Shown: positions 1 through 13,416, counted from the first letter of the whole stretch. The stretch is 63,757 bases of DNA, filler included, from Octopus bimaculoides (GCF_001194135.2; 6 parts of 6 records of this genome joined end to end with filler, not necessarily neighbours in it), one strand, 5' to 3'. Numbers and translations: made by a program. Notes: generated by a model not told the origin, from the letters alone.

Positions 1-516
1 TATATATATGTATATATATATCTTGATATATATTGTTTTTTTTCTTGTTCTATTTGCTTCTTCGTTTACTATTTATTACTTTCTCTATTCTGTACCAGAC
101 AGTCTTTATAGTCCTACTACAAATACTAGAATAAATTTCAAATTAAAGAAGACCTATACCTCCTCGTATTCACAGTTCTGTATATCGTTTTTGTGTCAAA
201 CGTTTTAGCGGTACCATTCCAAATGTCTTTATTCCCCTTCTTTGCCTATCAAGTCATTTCTAATTCACTTAGCTTCCATTTCACAATGACATAACTCTTA
301 CTTATTACTAGAACAGCTAAAGTATTGATACCTATTATCTTATGTTTGTCATTTAACTCTGTTTTAAGACTTAATCTAATGTCTCTCTATTAGAATTACT
401 CCTTCAAATTTTCCTTCATACTTTATCATTGTATTTCTGTCAATTTCCTTAAGATACAAAGTATTTCCAAGATTGTCTTTGTGCCAAAAATCTTCTTTTC
501 TCATCTACTTCATTTT

Positions 517-635
517 GTTGTTGCTGTTGTTGTTGTTGTTGTTGTTGTTGTTCTTCTTCTTCTTCTTCTTCTTCTTCTTCTTCTTCTTCTTCTTCTTCTT
601 CTTCTTCTTCTTCTTCTTCTTCTTCTTCTTCTTCT
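517..635. repeat. Compound microsatellite (GTT)n-(CTT)n
   Basis: Read directly from the sequence; it explains the poly-E/Q and poly-V/L ORFs. Confidence 0.97.
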
Positions 636-684
636 ATTACTAATAACAGCAATAGTACTGTTTATCGCCATAATGATGATGACA

Positions 685-728
<44 letters not shown>

Positions 729-1959
729 NNNNNNNNNNNNNNNNNNNNNNNNNNNNNNNNNNNNNNNNNNNNNNNNNNNNNNNNNNNNNNNNNNNNNNNN
801 NNNNNNNNNNNNNNNNNNNNNNNNNNNNNNNNNNNNNNNNNNNNNNNNNNNNNNNNNNNNNNNNNNNNNNNNNNNNNNNNNNNNNNNNNNNNNNNNNNNN
901 NNNNNNNNNNNNNNNNNNNNNNNNNNNNNNNNNNNNNNNNNNNNNNNNNNNNNNNNNNNNNNNNNNNNNNNNNNNNNNNNNNNNNNNNNNNNNNNNNNNN
1001 NNNNNNNNNNNNNNNNNNNNNNNNNNNNNNNNNNNNNNNNNNNNNNNNNNNNNNNNNNNNNNNNNNNNNNNNNNNNNNNNNNNNNNNNNNNNNNNNNNNN
1101 NNNNNNNNNNNNNNNNNNNNNNNNNNNNNNNNNNNNNNNNNNNNNNNNNNNNNNNNNNNNNNNNNNNNNNNNNNNNNNNNNNNNNNNNNNNNNNNNATAA
1201 TAAAAAAAAATTAAAAAAAAGATATACTGCTTTTTAGTGTGTGTGAGTTTTTTTAAACTTTAGAGAATAATACGGATTTGGAAGAAAAAAATGTCGGTCG
1301 AGTGTTTCAATGAAATATAGCAGTAATGGCTGCTCGGTTCCTATAGCAACGCATCCTTATCAGAAAAAAAATGCCAATCTCTTCATAATCCTTTCCGTTT
1401 AAGTGCTATTCTACCTTTTCCAGTTATTTAGCATTTGGGAAAAAAATAATATGAGGCGTAAAAAATATTTCTTTGTAAAAGTCACTTAACCAAACGACCT
1501 TCACTTCAAGATGGCAGTATTGTGGTTGTCAATTCTTCATTAGAAGCATTACAAAATACACAAGAGGCATGCAACGACCTACAACGACTACAACAACAAC
1601 TTTATTTGCTTCTAACATTCTGCGTCAGAATACAGTACGACCTTTTCTTCTCCTCCTCCCAACTCATGATATAATGTTAGTTATTGAAAAAAAAGCTTAT
1701 TCAGATGTATGTTTGAATTACAACCAAGTGGTTTCGAGTTCGATATTGCTTTGTGGTAACATGCAGTGGTCTTCGTCTTTTAGTCAAGGCATCGTATTGA
1801 ACGAAAACTTGTGACCGGAAATTCACAGACAGAATCTACGATGAAAATTATTCGTAAATGTATACGGCTGTGTATATGTATGTATAAAAACAAACATTTA
1901 CTATACTCAGTAAATCCGAAGTCCAAAAGGTTCCTCTGCATGAATTTACATTGAATTGA

Positions 1960-2042
1960 CCCCAAGACTTATTCTATCGGTCTCATCTCCCGAACCGCTA
2001 AGTTACGGGGACGTAAGCAGACCAACATCGGTTGTCAAGCAA
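1960..2042 (-). mobile_element. SINE group B fragment (3' half)
   Basis: ccccaagacttattctatcggtctc...ccgaaccgctaagttacggggacgtaa...catcggttgtcaagc matches the copies at 43161-43310 and 52975-53230. Confidence 0.8.
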
Positions 2043-2121
2043 GTCCTGCTCTGTATTGAACGCATTTTTTAAGCAAACCAGTGGCACAACAGATATTTAG
2101 ATGACCAGAAACTAACTTCAA

Positions 2122-2180
<59 letters not shown>

Positions 2181-2858
2181 NNNNNNNNNNNNNNNNNNNN
2201 NNNNNNNNNNNNNNNNNNNNNNNNNNNNNNNNNNNNNNNNNNNNNNNNNNNNNNNNNNNNNNNNNNNNNNNNNNNNNNNNNNNNNNNNNNNNNNNNNNNN
2301 NNNNNNNNNNNNNNNNNNNNNNNNNNNNNNNNNNNNNNNNNNNNNNNNNNNNNNNNNNNNNNNNNNNNNNNNNNNNNNNNNNNNNNNNNNNNNNNNNNNN
2401 NNNNNNNNNNNNNNNNNNNNNNNNNNNNNNNNNNNNNNNNNNNNNNNNNNNNNNNNNNNNNNNNNNNNNNNNNNNNNNNNNNNNNNNNNNNNNNNNNNNN
2501 NNNNNNNNNNNNNNNNNNNNNNNNNNNNNNNNNNNNNNNNNNNNNNNNNNNNNNNNNNNNNNNNNNNNNNNNNNNNNNNNNNNNNNNNNNNNNNNNNNNN
2601 NNNNNNNNNNNNNNNNNNNNNNNNNNNNNNNNNNNNNNNNNNNNNNNNNNNNNNNNNNNNNNNNNNNNNNNNNNNNNNNNNNNNNNNNNNNNNNNNNNNN
2701 NNNNNNNNNNNNNNNNNNNNNNNNNNNNNNNNNNNNNNNNNNNNNNNNNNNNNNNNNNNNNNNNNNNNNNNNNNNNNNNNNNNNNNNNNNNNNNNNNNNN
2801 NNNNNNNNNNNNNNNNNNNNNNNNNNNNNNNNNNNNNNNNNNNNNNNNNNNNNNNNNN

Positions 2859-2920
<62 letters not shown>

Positions 2921-3666
2921 GTATATATCTATATTGAATAGAGAGGGATAATAAATCTAGGCAGGTACCGTTCAAGCACGCTAATATAATCGAAGTTATG
3001 GCTAACCGCTTCGAATGGTAGGGAAATAACCTGGAATTATTTAGGGTAAACAATTACAGTTTATTTCATCTGATGGGTAAATCCTCGCTTCGCCTCGTTG
3101 GATCATAAACAGGTTACTAAATGTATATCCAAGACATTAAAATAAAGATAGAAAAGTATTACACAGCTTTTATTACTACAGTCACTTATACATCATATTT
3201 AATCTAAAGCTGTGGCCAACATGTTTTCAATGCATGGATATTTCGCAATGTGGTTTTCATTTGCATCCATCTTTCATACAGATTAAAAGCATGCAGCTTT
3301 ATTCAAGGTGTTGCCGCTATTTCAGTTTGAAGAGGATTGAAGCATTATGGTTTCGATGGTCTGACATTTTAGCAGGATGTGATTAGAGTTAAGTGCTAGC
3401 AATAAGATACGAACTACTGGAAGATAGACAGCTATTGGTCACAGCAGGTCACATGGTGCTGTTAGAATTGAAATCGGCATACAGCGACACCAGTGGCCGT
3501 TTTGAACTTCCTGCTGTATTTCTTCATTACCCTGAGACTGAAAGGGTCAGGGTTTCTGTTAGAAACCTGCGATATTTTAAGTCACGTGGAGCCGAATCAA
3601 AACTGTTTTAAGCAATAGTATATGTAACACCTACAAATGTGCTGAGTGCCCTTCTCTTGATATATA

Positions 3667-3718
<52 letters not shown>

Positions 3719-4633
3719 NNNNNNNNNNNNNNNNNNNNNNNNNNNNNNNNNNNNNNNNNNNNNNNNNNNNNNNNNNNNNNNNNNNNNNNNNNNNNNNNNN
3801 NNNNNNNNNNNNNNNNNNNNNNNNNNNNNNNNNNNNNNNNNNNNNNNNNNNNNNNNNNNNNNNNNNNNNNNNNNNNNNNNNNNNNNNNNNNNNNNNNNNN
3901 NNNNNNNNNNNNNNNNNNNNNNNNNNNNNNNNNNNNNNNNNNNNNNNNNNNNNNNNNNNNNNNNNNNNNNNNNNNNNNNNNNNNNNNNNNNNNNNNNNNN
4001 NNNNNNNNNNNNNNNNNNNNNNNNNNNNNNNNNNNNNNNNNNNNNNNNNNNNNNNNNNNNNNNNNNNNNNNNNNNNNNNNNNNNNNNNNNNNNNNNNNNN
4101 NNNNNNNNNNNNNNNNNNNNNNNNNNNNNNNNNNNNNNNNNNNNNNNNNNNNNNNNNNNNNNNNNNNNNNNNNNNNNNNNNNNNNNNNNNNNNNNNNNNN
4201 NNNNNNNNNNNNNNNNNNNNNNNNNNNNNNNNNNNNNNNNNNNNNTATATATATATATATATTTTCCATACGTACATACATACATGCATTCAGACATACA
4301 ATTTTTAAAACATCTTTTATTTCTTAGTCAACAGAATATGGAACGTGTGAGGTGTGTGGAAACTAATAAAATCTCAACGCTTCTCTTCGCAATATTCTGG
4401 TGAGTGGAATAACAACACCTAGCCTCCTGTGGATATCATAATAAAGGAAGGAAATGGCTAATAGATAACAGATGTAGAAGCGAGTGTACGGGCGTTACGA
4501 TAATAAGAACATCCTTGCACCGACCAATAAATTCTGTAAGTTCGTTAAGAGCGAAACGTTAAGACGAATACTTTTAAAAGACTTTGTATCTGTTTGTGAA
4601 CCTGTCTATTTATCTGTCTTTCTATCGGTCGGT

Positions 4634-4815
<182 letters not shown>

Positions 4816-4932
4816 AAGTGCTTCTTGTGCTTTTGTGGTCAACCATTGTCGACCACGACATACCAAGCTAACAAGAACTTGTTGTTATACTACCATCACC
4901 ATCAACAGCAACGCTGCTACTACAGCTGCTAC

Positions 4933-5142
<210 letters not shown>

Positions 5143-5145
5143 CAT

Positions 5146-5292
5146 TGAACCATCTTGTTTATGGATGACCTGAAATTGTTTGGGAAATCTGAAAAACAGA
5201 TAGATTCTTTAACCAAAACAGTCCAGAAGTCTGGTAGGGACATCGGTATGGAATTTGGAATTACCAAACGCCCAGTACTTAATATGAAAAGA
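5146..5292 (+). mobile_element. Non-LTR retrotransposon RT fragment with catalytic FMDD motif, R4/Dong-like
   Basis: Translates LFMDDLKLFGKSEKQIDSLTKTVQKSGRDIGMEFGITKR. This matches the pattern I recognise for R4/Dong-type RTs, NHLLFMDDLKLY..SE..LDSL..TV..FS.DIGMEFG..KC. Clade assignment is by motif recognition only. Confidence 0.85.
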
Positions 5293-5453
5293 GAGAAGAA
5301 AGCCTGCCCCTGCCACTTCCCCTACCCCAAGCTTTCAGTCATACTCTAACATCTCTTATCCTTCACTCTCCATAGGACTCTAGGTGTGTCTCGGCAAGTG
5401 ATTGTAACAAACATGCAGATTAAAAGTAAAATAATAACAATAATAATAATAAT

Positions 5454-5489
<36 letters not shown>

Positions 5490-5497
5490 TCTATAAT

Positions 5498-5682
5498 TAC
5501 AGGGCCTGAACTCTTGTGGGAAAGAGGTAAGTCGATTACATAGCCCCCACCCCAGTGCTCAAATGGTACCTTATTTTGTCGACCCCGAAAGGCTGAGTGG
5601 ACATCGAGGAATTTGGATTCAGAACATAAAGAGGACTACATGCCGCTAAGCATTATAACGATTCTGCCAGTTCGCCAACTTA
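5498..5682 (-). mobile_element. SINE group C copy
   Basis: gtcgattac...ggtaccttattttgtcgaccccgaaagg...ttcagaac...atgccgctaagcatt...ctgccagttcgcc, homologous to 36602-36822. Confidence 0.8.
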
Positions 5683-5700
5683 CATAAGAATAATAATAAT

Positions 5701-5848
5701 CCTTTCTACTAAAGATGCAAGGCCTGAAATTTTGTGGGAAGGAGACTAGTCGATTACATCGACCCTAGTACTTCACTGGTACTTATTTCACCGACCCCGA
5801 AAGAATGAAAGACAAAGTGAAGACGGACGAAATGCCGCTAAGCATTCC
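5701..5848 (-). mobile_element. SINE group C copy (tandem with the previous copy)
   Basis: caaggcctgaaattttg...gtcgattacatcgacc...ctggtacttattt...gaccccgaaag...gacggacgaaatgccgctaagcatt. Confidence 0.8.
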
Positions 5849-5903
5849 ACCCTGCCTCCAAACGAATCTCTCAGTTAACCACCCTACATAAACATAATAA
5901 TAA

Positions 5904-5934
<31 letters not shown>

Positions 5935-5938
5935 TGTT

Positions 5939-5989
<51 letters not shown>

Positions 5990-6184
5990 ATGAAAATTAA
6001 TCATAGTGAAAATAATAATAACGAAAATAATAGTAAACACAACAGATTCACAATGTTACCGAGACCTGACACTAGCACCAAATTCCCTCTTCACTACGCA
6101 GCTGCAGCCCATTACTTATATACAAACCGCACACTACATGCCATACACAATAACTGTCCAACACTGTAATACATATCCCAGTCA

Positions 6185-6282
<98 letters not shown>

Positions 6283-6318
6283 ACCACCACCACCACCACC
6301 ACCACAACCACAACCACT
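6185..6318. repeat. (AC)n-(ACC)n microsatellite
   Basis: Read directly. Confidence 0.97.
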
Positions 6319-6689
6319 ACCAAACAAGCGCGTACACAGGTATGTTTATTTGTTTTATATAGCTATAGGTGAACAATAGCGTTGATGTTTACAGCATAAT
6401 CGGTGTTTCAATGCATCTCTTGACTGGAAGAGGAAGTGCTGGTAACCCGATGTTCAACCAAGTAATACGATTCACAAGGCATATAATCCCTACAAGACAG
6501 GAAAAAAAACATACATTAAAAATGTATCAAGAAACAATTCCATAAAAACGAAGCAAAAATAATATAGTTAAACTGGCATGAAAATACAATAATGCACGGT
6601 CCTTAGAAACATGGACGTGGTGCACTTGGTAAAGCGGAAGAAACAGTCATGTAACTGTCAAATAATAATGAGGAATACCAGGCCCTGGC

Positions 6690-6960
6690 TTTCATGGCTT
6701 CTAACCTCAACTGATTGTACATGTTATCATGTACATTGTTTTGTCTTGTTATAAAAGATGGGCTACAGCAAGTATTCTGCTCAATACCACAGATTTGCTT
6801 GCCGATTGCTTGACCTTAGCTAGTTGAATATATCCCTTAGTGGCTGACGATATGTGCATCTCTGATCACGAGTAGAAGTAGTGGGAGAGGATCATAGCCA
6901 TATGTTGGGAGGAGATCTTTGGAATTTGAATAATTCACCTCTGAAAACATGGTCGTTTCG
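6690..6960 (-). repeat. Interspersed repeat of uncertain class (possibly a retroelement 3' region)
   Basis: The minus strand reads ggctatgatcctctcccactacttctactcgtgatcagagatgcacatatcgtcagccactaaggga..., which I recall as a common octopus repeat. It is single-copy in this window, so it is not independently confirmed here. Confidence 0.4.
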
Positions 6961-7233
6961 CTCAACATCCTTAAACATCCCTTATTCAGGGAGCTTTTGA
7001 GCGGAGCTATTGAGTGCAATGCACTGTCTTCACCTGTCCCTTCACTCGATTGCCGGTCTTTATGACATGGCAAATACTTACATATAGCCTGCCACAGTCA
7101 ATGGAGTGCACATTCTGTTACACATCGGCCAGAGTTTTCCCCGTTTTTCTTTTGAAAAATGTTTGGCGGGAAGCCCCCATCGATATTTTAAAACACAGAA
7201 GTAGATCACCTTCCTTCTCTCTCATTCTTCAAT

Positions 7234-7585
7234 TAGTTCGTTTGGCAAAGAGGCACTAGTCTTTGTGACGTTACTTGTCCATATATTTATAATTTCCTTT
7301 AGCTGACTCAAGTTGTGACGATCTGTTCATCTGCAATTTTTGTAAAGGATTAATTCGTCTGACAGAGAAACACTCTCTTTTTTGACATTGCTTGTCCATA
7401 TATTTATAATTTCCTTAAGCTGACTCACATCATGTTGCTCCTTTCCATCCGCATATTTTGTAAAGGAATAATTCATCGGGCAACGAAACGCTCTCCCTTG
7501 AGACTCTACTTGTCCATTTATTTACCGTTTTCATGAGCTGACTAAAATCGTATTGCTTCTTTTCATCCGAAACTTTTCTAAAAGA
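7234..7585 (-). repeat. Three diverged 118-bp tandem units, each readable as a 39-aa peptide (decayed coding-like repeat)
   Basis: Units start at 7585, 7467 and 7349 on the minus strand. Peptides: SFRKVSDEKKQYDFSQLMKTVNKWTSRVSRESVSLPDEL, SFTKYADGKEQHDVSQLKEIINIWTSNVKKESVSLSDEL, and SFTKIADEQxRHNLSQLKEIINIWTSNVTKTSASLPNEL (the third needs one 1-nt gap). Confidence 0.9.
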
Positions 7586-7980
7586 TGCAATGTTATTTTT
7601 AGCATTGCTATTCGTACTATTTTCCTTCTTCAAATTAATGTTTTCTTCACTAAGCTTTCATTGTTCAAATATAAGAGTATAAACTTGAAACTTTATCTTC
7701 GCTTATGATTTTCCCATTGCATTTGTTTTGTTTATTTTTTTCTTCTGTTTCAAAATAATTTTGGTGTGTGTTTGCATGCAGTAGTGAAGCCTACATCTAC
7801 AGTGGAGAACATTTCTTCCTGCCACATCTGAAGCCATTTTGACCCACGAATACGTAATACAAATACAAATGGATATTTGCCAAAATTTATATATGCAAGA
7901 ACTACACGTTCTTATTTATTTTCTAAAGTAAATTACATTTTCGGGGAATTCTGACACAGACATCCGTTCGCTTCAAAGAA

Positions 7981-8300
7981 CACAACAACAAACATAAAAG
8001 CAACAAATAACAACAACAACACTAACAACAACAACAACAACAACAGCAGTTGTAATAGCAGCAGCAAGAACAAGAACGAAGATATTGATGGTGAAGTTGA
8101 TGACGGTGATGATGGTAAGAAGAAGAGGAAGAAGAAGTAGAGGAAGAAGAAGAAGAAGAAGAAGAAGAAGAAGAAGAAGAAGAAGANNNNNNNNNNGAAG
8201 AAGAAGAAGAAGAAGAAGAAGAAGAAGAAGAAGAAGAAGAAGAAGAATGATATCCGTAGTAGTAGTTGTAGTAACAAAAATAACAATAATAATGATGATA
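7981..8300. repeat. Compound (AAC)n/(GAA)n/(AAT,GAT)n simple-repeat tract
   Basis: Read directly. Confidence 0.95.
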
Positions 8301-9208
8301 AGAATGATAATGTGTCGGACATAGGCATTCGGCACAGAGGAGACGGGAAGGAGCTTGATACAGAAAGCTATTACAAAGTAACAACAGTGTGTCGAGAAAA
8401 ATATTTAGAAGGAAGTAAATGGAAACTGATTAGTGTAATAAGAGAAGATGGAAGAAAGGAAAGGATAAAGACAAACATCTTCTTTGTAACTCTCCTTTCC
8501 TCTTATTCTTATATACATACATACATACATACATATATATATATATAAATANNNNNNNNNNNNNNNNNNNNNNNNNNNNNNNNNNNNNNNNNNNNNNNNN
8601 NNNNNNNNNNNNNNNNNNNNNNNNNNNNNNNNNNNNNNNNNNNNNNNNNNNNNNNNNNNNNNNNNNNNNNNNNNNNNNNNNNNNNNNNNNNNNNNNNNNN
8701 NNNNNNNNNNNNNNNNNNNNNNNNNNNNNNNNNNNNNNNNNNNNNNNNNNNNNNNNNNNNNNNNNNNNNNNNNNNNNNNNNNNNNNNNNNNNNNNNNNNN
8801 NNNNNNNNNNNNNNNNNNNNNNNNNNNNNNNNNNNNNNNNNNNNNNNNNNNNNNNNNNNNNNNNNNNNNNNNNNNNNNNNNNNNNNNNNNNNNNNNNNNN
8901 NNNNNNNNNNNNNNNNNNNNNNNNNNNNNNNNNNNNNNNNNNNNNNNNNNNNNNNNNNNNNNNNNNNNNNNNNNNNNNNNNNNNNNNNNNNNNNNNNNNN
9001 NNNNNNNNNNNNNNNNNNNNNNNNNNNNNNNNNNNNNNNNNNNNNNNNNNNNNNNNNNTATATATATGTATGTGTATATAAACACACACACATATATATA
9101 TATGTATATATATGTGTTTATATATCAGGAAACAAAGTATAAAGTAGAAACTAATTACGAGACCGAAGAAAAGAAATTTAAATAACGGCAAGAAACAAGT
9201 GTAATAGA

Positions 9209-9251
<43 letters not shown>

Positions 9252-9644
9252 ATTAATTAATATAATGTAAATAATAAAAGTAAATAAAACTCAAGAAATC
9301 GAAATAGAAAAACAGAACTTCAAATTCTACCAAAAGAGACACCGTTCCATTATAACTAGATGCCTCATCCTATACAAAAGTGTTTTCAAATCAATGACGT
9401 AACTCAGGCTGCATTCAGTCACACAATATATTATGCAATCGCCAGTGAATATTATTTTAACAGAACTGACGCACCTTTGCTAATAGAAATGGCAGCTTCT
9501 CTTCATTCTTCTCCATCGCTTCATCACTCATCTCTGCTTTGTTTGATTGATAATTTCTCTCAGTAGCTTTCTCTCCTTCTGTTTCTCTCCCTCTTTCTAT
9601 CTCTCACCCTCTCTTTCTTCCTATCTCTTTCACTGTCTGTCTCT

Positions 9645-9697
<53 letters not shown>

Positions 9698-9832
9698 CTC
9701 TGCCTTTCATACAAGCATTTCAGGATTATTTGTACAAACTTATTCACTAGAATCTTCCCCACTCCACTTGGGAATTGGCCCAGGAGATGGAATGATCTCA
9801 TGATACCATCGCCCCTCACCTTCACTCGAGGG

Positions 9833-10268
9833 GCAATCCAGCTAAAACGACCCGACTGGCGTCACAGCATGCTCTTTAAACATAAAAAACGTCCATTACA
9901 TCACTAATTTCATCAAAGAGTCTATTTAAAACTTGTTGGTCTATTCAAGAACTCGGTCAGGAAGTTCTAAGTCACTCACTGTATTCTTTTGATATACCGT
10001 CTTTCTTGGTCGCTCTCCAACAGTCTACGAGACGTTTTATTCAACAACGATATAGGGCTGAAGATATGAGTGTCTCGATGAATTCTTTGACTGAAAACCC
10101 GGTGAATTCTACTGTCAAGGCATTGACAAGTTAAATGAATATTGTCAAGAAGTTCTGAACAATGAAGGGGAATATATTATTGACTGATTTGTTATAAACT
10201 CTTGATAAAAACAAAGATAAAAATAAATGAAAAATAGAAACGGACGAATTTATCTGACAACCCATCAT
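9833..10268 (+). mobile_element. Decayed mariner transposase C-terminus plus right end
   Basis: Frameshifted remnants AIQLKRPDWRH, IQELGQEVLSHSLYSFDI (compare mariner ELGWEVLPHPPYSPDL) and GEFYCQGIDKLNEYCQEVLNNEGEYIID* (stop ends at 10187). These are followed by a TIR-like gaaacggacgaatttatctgacaaccc. Confidence 0.85.
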
Positions 10269-10982
10269 ATCTTTGGAAGAAGATTAAGCATCTGGTACCT
10301 AGAAATTTTCTAGAGACTCACATCCGTACCATGAGGCTGGCACAACGCCAACCAATGATTAGTGCAGCCAAGGGAAACACTAATTTGGGAAAATGTTTTA
10401 GGGGCCTATCAAAATGTACTGAAGGGTCTATTTCGAGTGATTTCTAGACCGGAGATCGACTTCCAAGAGGTCTTGGATCGATATGTTTTGGAAAGACATT
10501 GTATTGCCCCAGGTTGGGCCTGTCAAAGATACGCAGAAAACGAGAAAAGCATTGCTGACCTAGGAATACTTAAGGTCTATAGGACCGCTCTGACTACCAA
10601 GATAGCGTACATGACTGAACGATAGAAAGTAAGAGCTTTCCCTCACCGGCCAGATACCTTCATAGAATTTTACGTGAACCACTAGAAAAAATGGAGTAGG
10701 ATATTCTGTCCTCAGGTAACTTTGATGGCTAATGTATATACATTTTGGCGTAGCTAAAATGGACCTACTCTGAAACTGAGTTGATTGTAGGCCGAGGACC
10801 TGACAGAGGTCCCATGCATGTGATATCAGAGTGACTCGGGAACTAAGGAGTTCTTTCTTTTTCTCTATATGATGTCACCACTCCACTCATAGGGCTCATA
10901 AGATTGGTTACCTGGCGTCCATGGTGTATAAGTGATAGAGATCACTACATTACTCTGAAAGAGACGTCGATTCGTTCAAAGC

Positions 10983-11170
10983 CAACAATTTTGAGGGATG
11001 GGCACAAGTCGATTGCATCGATCCCAGTACTTGACTGGTACTTCGTTATATCCACCCTGAAGGGATTACAGACCAAGCTGACCTCGGCTTGGAATTAAAC
11101 ACAGAACGTAAAAATGTCGGATGATATAGAGCTGATTCTTTTTGTCCAAGGTGCTAACAATTGTGCTAAC
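10983..11170 (-). mobile_element. SINE group C copy (diverged)
   Basis: aagtcgattgcatcgatcccagtacttgactggtactt...gacctcggc...cagaacgtaaa. Confidence 0.75.
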
Positions 11171-11364
11171 TGCATGCCTTCGACGGACTTTCCACTGGGA
11201 CCTAGATACGGGCCCCTCTATTGGGACGTAAAATGCTTTCATTTCTATACCCACTGTATTCTTTCTTCCATCCCACACATTTAGAAACAGAATACTGAGT
11301 CATTGTTTACGTATTCCTGTCCGCTGGTGTGTTTCCGCCGCAACTCAAATGGAGAAATAAAAGA

Positions 11365-11435
<71 letters not shown>

Positions 11436-11545
11436 CATTATTATTATTATTATTATTATCGTTGTTCTTATCGTTGCTGTTATTCTTCTTGATGTTGTTG
11501 TTGTTGTTGTTGTTCGTTTTGTAGCTGTTGTTGTTGTAGATGTTG
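11365..11545. repeat. (ATT)n-(GTT)n microsatellite
   Basis: Read directly. Confidence 0.95.
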
Positions 11546-11761
11546 CTATTGCATTTCGGTATTTCCTTTCCCAGCTTTAGGACATTTGTAATAGGAATTC
11601 TTGCCTTCGGGAACGATTAAAAAAACAAACAAAACAAAAAACAAACAAGAAACACATTCTTTTTACTTTATTTCAATTCTCTAAATAATGTATTATCATT
11701 TGTACACATGTAGTTGCTCATAAGAAGATCGTTCCTGGTGCAGCTGCTGCTGCTACTGCTG

Positions 11762-11810
<49 letters not shown>

Positions 11811-12408
11811 NNNNNNNNNNNNNNNNNNNNNNNNNNNNNNNNNNNNNNNNNNNNNNNNNNNNNNNNNNNNNNNNNNNNNNNNNNNNNNNNNNNNNNNNNN
11901 NNNNNNNNNNNNNNNNNNNNNNNNNNNNNNNNNNNNNNNNNNNNNNNNNNNNNNNNNNNNNNNNNNNNNNNNNNNNNNNNNNNNNNNNNNNNNNNNNNNN
12001 NNNNNNNNNNNNNNNNNNNNNNNNNNNNNNNNNNNNNNNNNNNNNNNNNNNNNNNNNNNNNNNNNNNNNNNNNNNNNNNNNNNNNNNNNNNNNNNNNNNN
12101 NNNNNNNNNNNNNNNNNNNNNNNNNNNNNNNNNNNNNNNNNNNNNNNNNNNNNNNNNNNNNNNNNNNNNNNNNNNNNNNNNNNNNNNNNNNNNNNNNNNN
12201 NNNNNNNNNNNNNNNNNNNNNNNNNNNNNNNNNNNNNNNNNNNNNNNNNNNNNNNNNNNNNNNNNNNNNNNNNNNNNNNNNNNNNNNNNNNNNNNNNNNN
12301 NNNNNNNNNNNNNNNNNNNNNNNNNNNNNNNNNNNNNNNNNNNNNNNNNNNNNNNNNNNNNNNNNNNNNNNNNNNNNNNNNNNNNNNNNNNNNNNNNNNN
12401 NNNNNNNN

Positions 12409-12550
12409 CAACAAATCGACTCACGAAGCTTCGGTCAGCCCGAGGCTATAGTAGAAGATACTTGCCCAAGGTACCACGCAGTGGGACTAAACCGGGGACC
12501 AAACCATGTGGGTGGGAAGCAAGCTTCTTGTCACACAGCCACGCCTGCGC
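12409..12550 (-). mobile_element. SINE group B, tRNA-related head (rest lost in the gap)
   Basis: The reverse complement gives gtggctgtgtgacaagaagcttgcttcccacc...ggtttagtcccactgcgtggtaccttgggcaagtatcttctactatagcctcgggc, homologous to 45241-45360. Confidence 0.85.
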
Positions 12551-13199
12551 CCATATATAGAAAATCATTATTGATGTTCTTTTATATTATTAATAAGAAT
12601 AACTATTCCTTCAAAACAACAACTACTACTACCACCACTACCAAAATTATTATTTCTACTACAAACAACAACAGCAATATTAATAATAATAATAATAATT
12701 CCATATATTTGCCACCAGGGCAATAATGTCGATATTTAAATACAGAAAAATTTAAAGACAAAAAGACAAAAAGAAAATGAAAGAAATATTTCCATTTATA
12801 ATGAAGAGCATATGAAATATTTATGTGTGAAATGTAGAAAGTTGATCATACGTAGGATATTACTCATTACGTTAAATAATTGAAGCCCGGAGCTTAAAAT
12901 CCTCTGGTACATCGCTATAGGCAAATAAACTGTTAGAGAATTAGAGAAAAATCTATAACGAATCAAAAGTACGAATTATTAAATACCGAATATATGTATA
13001 TGTGTGTGTGTGTGTGTGTGTGTCTGTGTCTGTGTGTCTGTGTGTTCTCTCTCTCTCACTTTCTTTCTCTCTATATATATATTTATATGTGTGCGTGTTT
13101 TCTCACTTTCTCTCTATACATATGTGTGTGTATATATATATATGTAATAGTAAAATAACGTATTTAAAGTGCTTTAGGAGCTTAGCTAGTGGGGTAGGC

Positions 13200-13357
13200 G
13201 GGTGTTGAGTGCGAGTGACAATACAGATGAGATTGATACCCGATACGATATGCATTTAAAGAACGGTAAATGGTGATAAGATGCATGGAATAGGACACAG
13301 ATATACGCATAGGTGTTTGCACATATAACGTGATATAATAGATATAGACATATATAT

Positions 13358-13416
<59 letters not shown>

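Noticed and set aside
1462-1674. ATG-less 70-codon open frame (LTKRPSLQDGSIVVVNSSLEALQNTQEACNDLQRLQQQLYLLL...)
   Set aside because: No recognisable domain, weak splice signals, and partly built on a CAA repeat.
3393-3611. 72-aa ORF in a unique island, plus a good acceptor near 3280
   Set aside because: No recognisable homology and no matching strong donor.
10362-10625. 87-aa ORF after the mariner relic
   Set aside because: Only a vague resemblance to LINE ORF2; it cannot be assigned without a search.
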